DNA of 64,000 nt from Pocillopora damicornis (Eukaryota): contig NW_020844649.1 of assembly GCF_003704095.1 (NCBI RefSeq), positions 62,001-126,000 of the forward strand. Direction: 5' to 3'. The notes beneath the pieces were generated by a model that was not told the DNA's origin, ran no database searches, and worked only from the letters and a program-made list of their open reading frames with translations. The position numbers and the translations under genes were made by a program. Below are positions 12,711 to 36,210 of this stretch, in pieces (within the stretch, counting starts at the first letter, position 1; each line of letters begins with the position of its first letter).

Positions 12711-15700
12711 CTGTGAAAATATCAGAATAGTGTCAATTGAGCTTTTGAGAGGCCTTGCATCAGTAAATTTGGATAGGAAATACAGCTCTGAAAACTTATT
12801 TTTTAAGGTTTGACTACTCTAATATGACTCCTCTTTTCAGGGGACAAAGCTTTTCAACAAACACAAACTTTTATCCTAATGGAAAAGATATTTCTGTAAG
12901 TTTTGTGCTCAGCACATTCACCAAAAAGAAAACCTCTGTTAAGGGTAATTTTAAACCAGTACCAAGGGCATCTCCTTGATGCAGGATCCACTGAATAACT
13001 TAATTAATGGTAATGAATTACGGTCCAACCTTCACCACCAGACACCTTTCCACAGTGGCAGCCCCCAAAGAGCTACTTTTTTGTCCCTACATATGGTTGA
13101 TAAGTTCTGTATTGTTATTTGTTTAAAATTCTCTACAGGGACAACCCTTGCTCAACAACAGGGGCAAATCCGAAAATAGCATAACTACAATAGTCACTAA
13201 ATCACAAACCACCAAATGGCAAAGCAAAAAGCACAACATTTGCTAAGGTAGGTAAAACAACAAAATAATACGAAAGATGAAATGTAAGCAACACTAATAG
13301 CAAAAATTCGATTCAATTGGTAGACTCGTTGTAGCTTATGAGTTTTGTTTGGTTCAATTGTTTCTTTCTCAGAACACCAATATTTGGTTTACTTATTATT
13401 ACTGGTGATGTATCTTGATTATTTTATTATGCATAACTATTAAATGTTAAAAATCTGGACTTGGGTTTGGTAAAAAACAATTGTAAAATCAAGAGAACAA
13501 TTCGTTTACAGCCAACATTATTTGACACAATACCATGTCAAATATTCTACCAATAAGGAATAGCTTTGAAGTGTGTGTCTTAAAAATTAAAACTGAACTT
13601 GCTCCTCGTGATCAATAAAATTCACACATCTTGGCGATAAGAAAACTACATCAAAGCTGGAATTCATGTTCCTGTTAAAAAAAGTGGTATGTGTTGGTAG
13701 CATGAACACCTCCAGATATCCCCTCATAGTGGCTTCTGCAAGGATTTACCGACTCACAAAAACCAAGTGCATTGAATCAACGAGTTTGGACCCTCATTTC
13801 TCCGATTGTACTTTTAAAATTACCATAATAAAAGGAGCACTCCAAGCAAGTTAATACGATTTTTTATCTAGAAGGAAAATCATGACAAGAAGCTTGGAAA
13901 AAAGAGTCAAAAAAGAGTTATGAAAAAATGAAATAGCATAGGCCTTCCCTCCCCTCCCAGCCTGTAAAATGTTCGCTTCATCAATGCACAACCGGCACGA
14001 GATTGAAATAATTACATTCCTAAACCAAACAAACATGTCCAAGGCACTGATCTCTATATCAAGTCAGGAGCAAAGTAAAGCTCTACCTGCTAAGTTATCC
14101 TTTAAAATTCAAAGGCGACCCATACGCAGGAAACAAAAGACGTACAGGAAAGGTCAAATGCAGAGCATAGATTAAATTTGGTAGCTAGCTCCCCGTTCGA
14201 TATTTGATATCGCGAGCTATTCACAGCCAGGATCAAATCAGCGAACAACGTGGCAAATTTTCGAAAACAAAAGCCAAGGGAAACACGGAGGGAAAGGAAT
14301 AACTAATACCAGCTTTCGAGTTTCCAAACAAGCGAGCTTCAAATCTCCTATCACATGGAGTGATATTCCCGATCGCTCTCGTTTCGTGTATCGAAGATTT
14401 TGTAATCTACATGTTCATTTAATGACATATACTGAACGTAAAAAACGTGCGAATCAATCATTTGCGCTAAAAAAACGACTGGGAGACGTTTGGAATGAAG
14501 AAAAAAAGCGCTCACCTGGCTCAGAACATATGCCATCACACCATGTTGTCGGCAATCGAACAGGAATGATCTAAGACGGCGCGAAAGTACGCGCCGCTTC
14601 ACTTTCCCAGAGTTCATTATTTCCCGCGCAATGAGCAGTCCTCCCGGTAACATAATTACGTCATTAGGGGATTTAGAATGTCATGCAACGTTAACCCGAT
14701 TGAAAACAACAAGAACATGAAAAGCATTACAAATTTGTTACGGGTCTAATAAAGATGACGACCGGCAAGCTACATTGTAGGATACTGTAATGAGCCAGCG
14801 GAAAACGATTTGACTGAGAATTTCCTCGTTTTCTTGGAGTACCTCTACAGTAGCGATTGTGACCCATTTTCTCATGTCTATGGGACCTCTTTAATTCTCA
14901 GATTACATATCCCTGTCACGCTAACTACCTTTGATTTGATGAGAGTTGGAAGCGCTAGACTGGTCGTGAGGATACTGAAGATGGGGCTTTATACAAAGGC
15001 TACTCACTGGTAACCTAAAAAAAAGGTCTCACGAGGTTCTTGAGCTAATCATCCCAAAAATATTCTTTGTTTTTACTATTTCTTTCAGTAGTTTTGAAAA
15101 AAAGCCTCAAAGGCTTCGCTGAAACAAGCAGCTGTCTACAATTATCGGTTAAGTGAGGCGCGGAAAAGTTTGGTGACAGGGTTTTGACTTAAATTAACGG
15201 GGTTGCCACGGGTAAGCTTCCAAGTTCTCAAAGATAACTTAATCTAAAGAGCCGTGAGTCGCCAACCGTCAAACGTGAAAAAATCTCGGCCGCCAGAAAT
15301 GGATCCAGGTTCCGTGACAACACGATTTCACCTCAAAACGTGGATGCAGAACTTCCGTCACGCCTCGCTCAATTGAAAATCGTGGCAAGAATAACTTAAA
15401 TCCACAAGCTTTTCAGCGCTATGTAGATGGGAGGCACCAAAAGCAAAGTTTTCCGGGCTAATCTCATCTAATCCAAGCTCCCAGACTTTCCTTCGATGTG
15501 TCAGTAAATGAGGTTTCTTAATTCGTATTTTCCAAAACTATATTCTTGCGATCGAAATCAAAATTATAACACCAAAAGACTTGACATCTTTTTCTCCTTT
15601 CTCTACGAGAAATCTCAGGGCTCTTGACCCCCAAAAAAACCATATTTATAATTTGTTCGTTTCTTCAACAACGCAAATTAGAGTCCTTTTCTCTGACGCG

Positions 15701-16064
15701 TGTAGAGTTTACAGTAACTGTTCAAGCATAATCACATGGTACTTAGTATTTGCCAAACTGGACGACCTGAAGTAAATTCTCAATTGCTTTCCCCATTCTT
15801 CAGGAAATGTGAGGCTAGTGGTAAGCACTATTAGCCGGGTTCCTAGTCTCTAAGTGGGGTGTATAGCACAAAGGCCAGACATCGTTATGATACGTTTATT
15901 GCTGTGCAATGTATGTTTGAAAATAACTTAGGTTTTGAAACGAAGAACACATCGTAAAATGAGTCTAGAGCGAAACTGTCCATGGCCACCGACTGCAATT
16001 TTCCCTAGCCAAAAAGCAGTCGTGTTTTCTCTAGCACTGTTTCTCTCGACCAGTTCTCCTTGTT

Positions 16065-23877
<7,813 letters not shown>

Positions 23878-23977
23878 NNNNNNNNNNNNNNNNNNNNNNN
23901 NNNNNNNNNNNNNNNNNNNNNNNNNNNNNNNNNNNNNNNNNNNNNNNNNNNNNNNNNNNNNNNNNNNNNNNNNNNNN

Positions 23978-25227
23978 AATCACACTATGCTTGATAATCA
24001 ACTTTTAACAGTATCAAAGCTGCAGACAGATTTTTGATACCTAAATTTCACAATGGCTGGTATGGTTTTGAACAACATACCTAAATTCAATAGTTTAAAG
24101 TTTTCTTTACACACAGTAAGATTGGAAGGAAACTACCAAATTGTACACTCTATGTAGTGTTTATATTTTGCCACCTCAGATGTTTTCAATTGGCACATAA
24201 GTCATAAAATTGTTTGATGATATTGGACAAATAAAGGTACATTTAAGAAGTCATGCCTGTTAAGTTGAAATTACATCAACCTGCTGATCAGCAAGCAATT
24301 TCACAAATGTACTTTTAGTAGAATATTTAGCAATAAAACTTTACGAACAATAATTTCTCTTTTGTATCTCTACCTTAGGCCAAAATCTAAAACAGCATCA
24401 GCACCTGGAAGTGTACCTCACACTCCTGTACCCTCGGATGACCTAATTGATATGCTTCAGGATAGGATAACTCTGGCAAACACAATCAGCACGCTGGAGA
24501 ATGAAGCCCAAGACAATAATTATACTTCAACTACAACTGACAACAGTGTTTTGCCAGTTGGTGCTGAGGAGATGGGATCAGGTAAACAATGTGTTCACCT
24601 TACACATGGAGGTAGAATTTAGATAAATTTCTTCCTTATTATTTTTTTTGTCTTTCTGTGCAGACCATTAACAAATGAGCCATCTTGATATTTCATTTTA
24701 AGAGCAAGGGGTGCTGTTTAGACAAATTTTCTCAGTAGAAACAATAATGTATACCATAACTTTGGACACAATTTTCAAGTTTGGGAGATCATGGGATCAT
24801 GAGTAATCAATACTTGTTTTAAATTTGTTTTTGTGGTTACTTTTACCACTGATTTTAGCTGTTTTAGCGGCATTAGGGCTTATTTAACTAGAAACTTCTT
24901 TAACTAGAAACTTTTGAAATGGCCACCAATACAGCAGATAAAGGCCAAGAACTCGGTTCCTATGAGCTGAGTTATGATGTATGTTATAATTGGTTTTACA
25001 AAATTAACCTTTAGCCACTGGATTATCTTAGTGTCTCTAATAATATCAATACACTTTTTTGCAATTGTAGAAGCTACAATCAGATTCCTTAAGGCAAAAC
25101 TGAGAGTTATGCAAGAAGAATTAGACAGTGTTGTGGAGGAATGTAATAATATTTAAAGAGATGCTTGGATAGCTTGGAGTGCAGGCATCTTATTACATTG
25201 CAAAGTGCCACCCATGGGAGAAGGGTG
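23978..25227 (+). pseudogene. Inverted partial copy of TEX9 (mirrors ~19443-20730; two exons)
   Basis: Near-identical exons and intron. The second exon has lost its splice donor through a ~32-bp deletion and ends EECNNI*. Confidence 0.75.
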
Positions 25228-25581
25228 NNNNNNNNNNNNNNNNNNNNNNNNNNNNNNNNNNNNNNNNNNNNNNNNNNNNNNNNNNNNNNNNNNNNNNNNN
25301 NNNNNNNNNNNNNNNNNNNNNNNNNNNGATGCTTCGAACTAACCATACTTGTGTATCAAACCTTGTAACCCACTATTTGTTAATGAACCCTTTAATTGAC
25401 TAAGTCGAATGCCGTTTGACTCCAGCAAGAACATATTGAATTCGAGTAACATCAGTCACAAAAAGATTTTTCACGGTGTTAATAAAATCCAAAGAAGTTT
25501 TGTATTATCTTTGACAATGAATAAAAATTGTGTTGTTTTGGATTACTCGTGCTTATCTAGGGATATTTTCATTTTTTGTAG

Positions 25582-25823
25582 TCTCAATATCGTTAACTCC
25601 GCAAATGTTGTGTGCGGGCGTGGACAATACCATTTTAAGTGGTTGCCATGGTGACAGCGGAGGACCGTATGTGTGCTTGAATGCGGACGGGAAGACATAC
25701 ACTTTACATGGTGCAGTAAGCTGGGGTTCCTCCAGATGCGATGCTAAACAACTTTTTACTGTGTTTGCTCGAGTGACGCAGTACCGAGCGTGGATCAAAC
25801 AGCACACTGGGTTAGGTGGATGA
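25582..25823 (+). CDS. Terminal exon of a single-domain chymotrypsin/elastase-like serine protease (paralog of 51690-51932)
   Basis: MLCAG...[13 protein letters not shown]...VSWG...[19 protein letters not shown], with AATAAA at ~25910. Matching upstream exons lie on the minus strand at 34141-34385 and 35759-35785. Confidence 0.85.
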
Positions 25824-26918
25824 GAACATGCGGATAGATAAACTGGACGTAAACTGGATCCATCAGAAAATGCGTTCTTAAAGTGTTAATTTAAGGTGGT
25901 TTGAGGGGAAATAAAAAGCAATTTACGAGTGAAAAGTGTGGAGTTTCAATTATTTTTTCCGACCTCTTTTTTTACCCGATGACCGTTTTCATAAGAATCT
26001 AGAAAAGAGGCCAATGAAAACTTAGCCATCGCCGAAATTGTGCGTGCAGTCGAGGTAAAAAATGATACAGCTGAAGATTTCTGAACGGTCTTAAATTTTT
26101 TACCCAGGTAATTCGGAATATCTGTTTGTGTTGGTGCTAAAATGAGAGCACCTTAAAATGTAAATCGATATTCTTCCGGTACGTGAAACATCGCTGCACC
26201 AGATACGAAAGGGAAAAAACGCTTCCACAGATTTATATAGATACTTCTCCAATCTACATGTGATTTTCTGTATTTGATCGGTTGTTCGTGTAGTCTGATA
26301 TACTGATATAAAAATGTACAATAGTAGACCGGGAAAACACTGACTGTCGGTACTAACGACTGACACTGATACTGAGCGAAAGTCATGATCAGTAAATAGT
26401 ACTTGTGACTCGTGTTCAAGATTACTGACATTCGGACGATCAAACTACAAGATCAATGATTACACCTACGTTTAAACTATTCACCGTAGTAAATGATCCC
26501 ATGAGATAATACCCTCGAGAACAATCCATTATCAATAGATACCAACGCACACTTTATCACAAATATGCAAAATAAGTGGTTTCGCAATGCTTTCTTCCCC
26601 CCTGCATACCTTTCTTTACTAAGTTGCAAGAGAAATTCTCACGAGAAACTTAAACAAACGAAAACTTGTCATCACAGAACTAAACTTAGAGAGTATTAAC
26701 TAAATAATGCTTATTAAATCGTCCACTAGCGCTCGCTAAAGATCGATCTTTGTTCTCCACTATGAACAAGAGAGGTCTCTTAGGAGTGGCTCATTTCAAG
26801 GACAGCAGATCACAGCAGTGTCTTGTTCCAGAGCCTATCCCCTAAAGTAGCAGTTCACATCATTCATATTCCTTTGAAAATGATGAGGCCCCCTTGACCA
26901 GCCTTTCCCGGCAGCTCA

Positions 26919-27127
26919 CTTATCTTTCCAGAAGTCGAGAATTTTCTGTAGATTATCTTCGTTTGCAGTTTTCCTGATATCAAGCCATTGCGAGAAAAAA
27001 TCGCGGAACCTAGAGATGATGAGTTAAAGATGCTCGTGATGTCGCATGTTTTGACCTCACCTGGATACTCCACGTATTTCCATCCGTTTTTCTCAGCGAT
27101 GTCTCTTACCTGCTCATCGCTGAGGTA
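26919..27127 (-). CDS. Possible last two exons of an unidentified gene truncated by a gap
   Basis: YLSDEQVRDIAEKNGWKYVEYP G|gtgagg at 27061, then acceptor ctacag| at 26945 giving ENSRLLER*. No family recognised. Confidence 0.35.
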
Positions 27128-27311
27128 NNNNNNNNNNNNNNNNNNNNNNNNNNNNNNNNNNNNNNNNNNNNNNNNNNNNNNNNNNNNNNNNNNNNNNNNN
27201 NNNNNNNNNNNNNNNNNNNNNNNNNNNAAAACAAACGAAAAAGCGCGGAATGGTTCCATCAAAGAATTGGTGTCCAAAGAATTGGTGAGCAAACTGATTA
27301 TCTTCTTTCAG

Positions 27312-28037
27312 GTTCAAGTGACATTTGAGGGAGTCAGAGGGAGGTCTTGGTCAGGAGATATAGCTATTGATGACGTAACCATAGCGAAAGGAGGTTGTTT
27401 CGCCCCACCCACTCCCGCTCCACCCACTCCTCCTCCGCCTCCAGGTACCTTTCATTTTAAGATAACTGAATCACAATGCGTAATTTTAACCGACCTCCGT
27501 ATAAAAATATTACATGGATACTGCATCTAAATGACCTGGATTTTATTTGTGTGTTTTTCTCATTCTGCAGTTATCACCTGAATCGGTTTCAATTTTGTTC
27601 AATATTTTTCTGCGCGTTGCATGTGATCTCCGCAAGGTGAAGTTGCATTCAGCCTTGCAATAACCAGCTACATACTTTACTGCTGAGTGAAGTCAATAAT
27701 TAACAACAAAACCAAACCCAAGCATTTGAAAGGCAGTTGATGCGCGTCACAACAAATCGAATTTATTTGTCATAATTTGATCAAGAAACAAGCATCCATC
27801 CTAGCTGATATTGAACTGCTGTCCGTTTGTTTGTTGTCTAGCCGGTAATTGTGGATCCCGACCAAGTGTTCGAATCGTTGGTGGCACAGTAGCACCCAGA
27901 AACAGCTGGCCTTGGCAAGTAATGCTGCTGACCACATCCAATCAGCAGTTTTGTGGAGGCTCATTGATTGACCCTTTGTGGGTGGTAACAGCAGCGCATT
28001 GTGTTACTCGGAAATCGCCCCGTAGTGTTAGAGTTAG
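27312..28037 (+). CDS. Gene fragment: MAM-domain C-terminus, Pro-rich linker and N-terminal part of a trypsin-family domain (exons 27312-27444, 27842-28037)
   Basis: [28 protein letters not shown] is a MAM signature. Then [13 protein letters not shown], and CGSRPSVR|IVGG...WPWQ...CGGSLI...VTAAHC. Confidence 0.9.
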
Positions 28038-28412
28038 GTTAGTATTCGTTGCTCAAGAACTGTAGCGAAATTATTCTTTAGAACAGCAAACTTATCGTCC
28101 ATACAAAATCAGACAATTGTGCTAATTCAACTCGCTCTGAAATGGGTTGAGTTGTTTGTGTCACTCCTATGCAAGATTTCATTTAGATGTGAGTCTTGAT
28201 GTGAACTCAGCGAGATAGTGAAAAAAAAACATAGAAAAAATAATTATTTCAAATACATGCTTCTGATAACGACTTGGCAGATCAAAAAAAGGTTTTTCTA
28301 TTTTGCGTCTAGNNNNNNNNNNNNNNNNNNNNNNNNNNNNNNNNNNNNNNNNNNNNNNNNNNNNNNNNNNNNNNNNNNNNNNNNNNNNNNNNNNNNNNNN
28401 NNNNNNNNNNNN

Positions 28413-28776
28413 AAGGTGGGAAGTGAAAAGCATTGGTAATGTCCTCAGTAGTTTTTACCTTTTAATGGTTGTGCACACCCTACTTAATGAGAGAATCTCT
28501 TAATGATGTTTAAGTTAAATTTGCATCATTCTGTGTCTTTTAGGATGAGAAAAAATCAGCAATAGAGAAGAAGGTCAAGGAACTGACTGAGGAACAGGGC
28601 AGATTACAAAAAACAAATCAGGGATTACAGGTTTGTAGCTAGTTCATCACAGCTATACCATCACAAACCTCAAGCTATGTATGCATTTAGGGTAACACTT
28701 TATTTCTTTTTCATCCTGGTTTTTCATCTTTCCCTCCTTTCATATTAGTATGTCAAAATGCCCAATAACAAAGACT
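28413..28776 (+). pseudogene. Second inverted TEX9 fragment (mirrors ~18680-19040; exon DEKKSAIEKKVKELTEEQGRLQKTNQGLQ)
   Basis: Near-identical to the TEX9 exon and its flanks. Similarity ends abruptly within the contig. Confidence 0.75.
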
Positions 28777-28778
28777 GT

Positions 28779-28862
28779 CAGATCAATATCAGTATCTGGG
28801 CGACTACCTTCCCTTGCCCTAACCCAACATTAACCCTAACTAGCTATCAGTTGACTGTTGTT
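28779..28862. mobile_element. Half of a palindromic MITE at the TEX9-copy breakpoint
   Basis: gatcaatatcagtatctgggc...ccctaacccaacattaaccctaac...tatcagttgactgttgtt, which I recall as one arm of a common coral foldback element. Confidence 0.5.
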
Positions 28863-29764
28863 ACTCCCGCATTCATACCTCGGAGGATTGTTAACGTGTT
28901 TACGTAAGCGAATGATCCGCGAATTGAATAGAGTATTTACTAACATTGAATGTCGATGATAGAGGAGTTATTGAGCCCTTGTTATCTTTTATAGACCTAA
29001 GAATACACCTAATTGACTCTGACGGCTGTGATATCATTTTGCAAAATCGACAATTTCAATATGAACCCAATTTAAACAATATGAACAATATGGAAAGGAA
29101 AATAAAAATGCTCAGAATCTAAGTCAAGAAACTGAAAAAACTGTAAATTAAAACAGAGCTGCTACCTGAATGTTTCACTGAAATCTTTGTGGTTCTGGAA
29201 TGCATGTAACAGTTTTTAAATGTTTAATTTCTTAGCAAACATTTACATCTTTCTAACGATCAATTCATGTTTCTGTGAGAATGTTTGCTCATCATGTGAG
29301 AAAGCGGTCTCGATTGATCGGTTTGGGAAAATTAAAGTCCGAATAACTGTTCTCAGTATTTTAATCAACAAGGATTGATAATGGCATTTCTTAGTTTTAA
29401 TTGCAGCCAGTTTGTTTCCATAGCTCTTCCAAAATCCACATATCTTCTTCAGCTTCGCTCAGAGGAAATGCGAAATAGGTATCTGTAATCGCGCGAGATA
29501 ACTGTTCAGTCATTCGGCGAAGATCAAAAGAAAAAGAAAGAGGAAAGCTGCTATTTTCAATATCTTTTTAGTGTTAATTGCATATAAACATGAACTATAT
29601 AGCTGAAATCGCCGGTGCTTTTGAGGTTTTCTAACAAAGTAATTACCTTCATTACCATGAAGCACAGTCGGAAGTATTTACTCTCCAGACAGCTGTGACT
29701 TACCTTTCAGACAGCTGCAGCTTTTAAGTTTACACAGGGTAAATTTCTAAGGTTTAGGATCTGT

Positions 29765-29771
29765 TATAAAA
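29765..29771 (+). promoter_or_regulatory. TATA box of the astacin gene
   Basis: TATAAAA starting 55 nt upstream of the ATG at 29820. Confidence 0.55.
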
Positions 29772-29819
29772 GTAGCCAAGAGCTACTCACTACTACTCAC
29801 ATCTTCAGGTTTCAGCAAG

Positions 29820-33537
<3,718 letters not shown>

Positions 33538-34140
33538 GTAATGAGATAAATATACTTGATAACATAAAGTAAAAAAAGCTGACCTTTTGATGTGTGATGT
33601 CACTTATTGCTGTTAGTGCTATCTATACCATTACCACTTTGTAAAGTTATGTTTTAATTCGTGCTAGAATATTTCTTACCATTAACGATAGAAATATGAT
33701 TTCAGCAAATGCCTTTATATACTTTNNNNNNNNNNNNNNNNNNNNNNNNNNNNNNNNNNNNNNNNNNNNNNNNNNNNNNNNNNNNNNNNNNNNNNNNNNN
33801 NNNNNNNNNNNNNNNNNNNNNNNNNCAGTGCTTTCTAAAGGAATCTCCCGTGTCATTTTTAAGCTAAACATGGTAATATACAGAACTCTACATTGTGAAT
33901 AATGCTCCGCTGGTTAGGCTAGCAATAATAAAGGTGATTCAACCAACCATAGATTTTCAGTTAGGCGTCTGGAAAGTTTGAAGAATTTGCAGAGAGTTTT
34001 CTCCACAAGCTGGTGGGTCAATTACTCAATTTTAAAGCTTGTGTGTTTTGTTTTTATACACAAGAGTTTTGGGCATTATCATCGTATAGTATTCTCATAG
34101 TGTACATAAAAACAAGCGCGTTACTTATGACTGCTCTTAC

Positions 34141-35785
34141 CTGTAATGTAACATTTTGATCCTGTGGGTACATTTGAGTCGCTAGACGGTAGGCACACGG
34201 GGTTCACCCTGGCAGAGAGTTTCACAGGCGCAGCGAGTTCAATCAGGGCGATGTCATTGTTAAGTCTACCAGGACGATTGTATTGAGGGTGAGAAATTAC
34301 TCGCTTGGCGCCAACTGACTCCTCTGTTCCTTCGTTAGCATTCCGATTGTGATCTCCCACAACTACTTTGTAGTTAGCAGGGTTGCTAAAGATAAACAAC
34401 ACAAGTATGCTCAGGTTGATTTGGAATTGCTGCATTATGGTTATGCACAACCTTCAATCGACAAAGAAGCTTATTACATTGTTGGACTGTCAAATATAGT
34501 CTGGAATATTTGTCCAATGAAGGAATATTATGCTATAGTGGGATGTGAATTATGCCTCGCCGTGTTTTGGTTGATCGGCCAGTTTATTCGTCTTATATTT
34601 GGTCACCTGTTCGTATGGTAAGTCAATCAGTTTCAAATCTCGGTATTTTTCTCGATTGTAGGTTGGTTGGTTGTTTTATGGTGCATGGACAGTCAGTTGT
34701 AATTAACCGGCTAGATCTGTTGACCAGTTTCATTGATTGTTCGACAGTAGTCGTCGAGATGGTCATTCGTTTGATCAATCGGTTGGATCGGGTCTGTTGG
34801 TCGTTCCTTATTTATAGTCGTCAGTTGGCCAGTTGGTTNNNNNNNNNNNNNNNNNNNNNNNNNNNNNNNNNNNNNNNNNNNNNNNNNNNNNNNNNNNNNN
34901 NNNNNNNNNNNNNNNNNNNNNNNNNNNNNNNNNNNNNNNNNNNNNNNNNNNNNNNNNNNNNNNNNNNNNNNNNNNNNNNNNNNNNNNNNNNNNNNNNNNN
35001 NNNNNNNNNNNNNNNNNNNNNNNNNNNNNNNNNNNNNNNNNNNNNNNNNNNNNNNNNNNNNNNNNNNNNNNNNNNNNNNNNNNNNNNNNNNNNNNNNNNN
35101 NNNNNNNNNNNNNNNNNNNNNNNNNNNNNNNNNNNNNNNNNNNNNNNNNNNNNNNNNNNNNNNNNNNNNNNNNNNNNNNNNNNNNNNNNNNNNNNNNNNN
35201 NNNNNNNNNNNNNNNNNNNNNNNNNNNNNNNNNNNNNNNNNNNNNNNNNNNNNNNNNNNNNNNNNNNNNNNNNNNNNNNNNNNNNNNNNNNNNNNNNNNN
35301 NNNNNNNNNNNNNNNNNNNNNNNNNNNNNNNNNNNNNNNNNNNNNNNNNNNNNNNNNNNNNNNNNNNNNNNNNNNNNNNNNNNNNNNNNNNNNNNNNNNN
35401 NNNNNNNNNNNNNNNNNNNNNNNNNNNNNNNNNNNNNNNNNNNNNNNNNNNNNNNNNNNNNNNNNNNNNNNNNNNNNNNNNNNNNNNNNNNNNNNNNNNN
35501 NNNNNNNNNNNNNNNNNNNNNNNNNNNNNNNNNNNNNNNNNNNNNNNNNNNNNNNNNNNNNNNNNNNNNNNNNNNNNNNNNNNNNNNNNNNNNNNNNNNN
35601 NNNNNNNNNNNNNNNNNNNNNNNNNNNNNNNNNNNNNNNNNNNNNNNNNNNNNNNNNNNNNNNNNNNNNNNNNCTACAACTGATGTTAAATTGAGGTTGC
35701 TAGTCTCTCGAAACAGACAGCGTAGAATATATACACTTGCAAAGCTAAGACATCACACCTGCCATGGCCAGGCTCCAGGCTTTGC
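34141..35785 (-). CDS. Fragments of the single-domain serine protease paralog (exon end 35759-35785; exon 34141-34385)
   Basis: AKPGAWPWQ|gtgtga and [15 protein letters not shown]...[25 protein letters not shown]...CYIT G|gtaag. Both are paralogous to 49184-49269 and 50024-50268. Confidence 0.85.
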
Positions 35786-35885
35786 NNNNNNNNNNNNNNN
35801 NNNNNNNNNNNNNNNNNNNNNNNNNNNNNNNNNNNNNNNNNNNNNNNNNNNNNNNNNNNNNNNNNNNNNNNNNNNNNNNNNNNNN

Positions 35886-36210
35886 TTTTCGTCTTGTCAC
35901 GAGCGTGGGACAAAGAAAAAATTCTGAGCCGCCCCGAGGAATCAAACCTCAGACAGTCGGATTCCGCGCCTCAATGCTCTACCACTGAGCCACAGAGAGT
36001 CCACGGTGAGTGAGGTCTATTACGAAGTTCATATGACACGCGTCTTGCATACTGCTAGGATCAGCAATGTCGACAGCGTATTGTTTGTAGATAGAAATAA
36101 GAGAGACGGTAAGTTTTGAGCACGGTAAAGAAATAGAGAAAGATTTTTTTTCGTCTTGTCACGAGCGTGGGACAAATAAAAAATTCTGATTTCCCAGGAG
36201 GAATCGAATA
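35886..36210 (-). repeat. tRNA-derived SINE-like element in tandem (~260-bp period)
   Basis: Minus strand has A box TGGCTCAGTGG (~35982-35992) and B box GGTTTGATTCC (~35938-35948). ttttcgtcttgtcacgagcgtgggacaaa recurs at 35886 and ~36148. Confidence 0.7.

Noticed and set aside
14351-14653. 100-aa ORF at the PRDM 5' region
   Set aside because: It spans probable promoter, short exons and intron; I could not fix a consistent coding phase into exon 12609-12710.
34552-35988. Long ORFs of 364-380 aa and other X-rich ORFs
   Set aside because: Artefacts of translating through N gaps.
35925-35995. tRNA gene
   Set aside because: A and B boxes are present, but there is no convincing acceptor stem and it lies in a tandem SINE-like unit.
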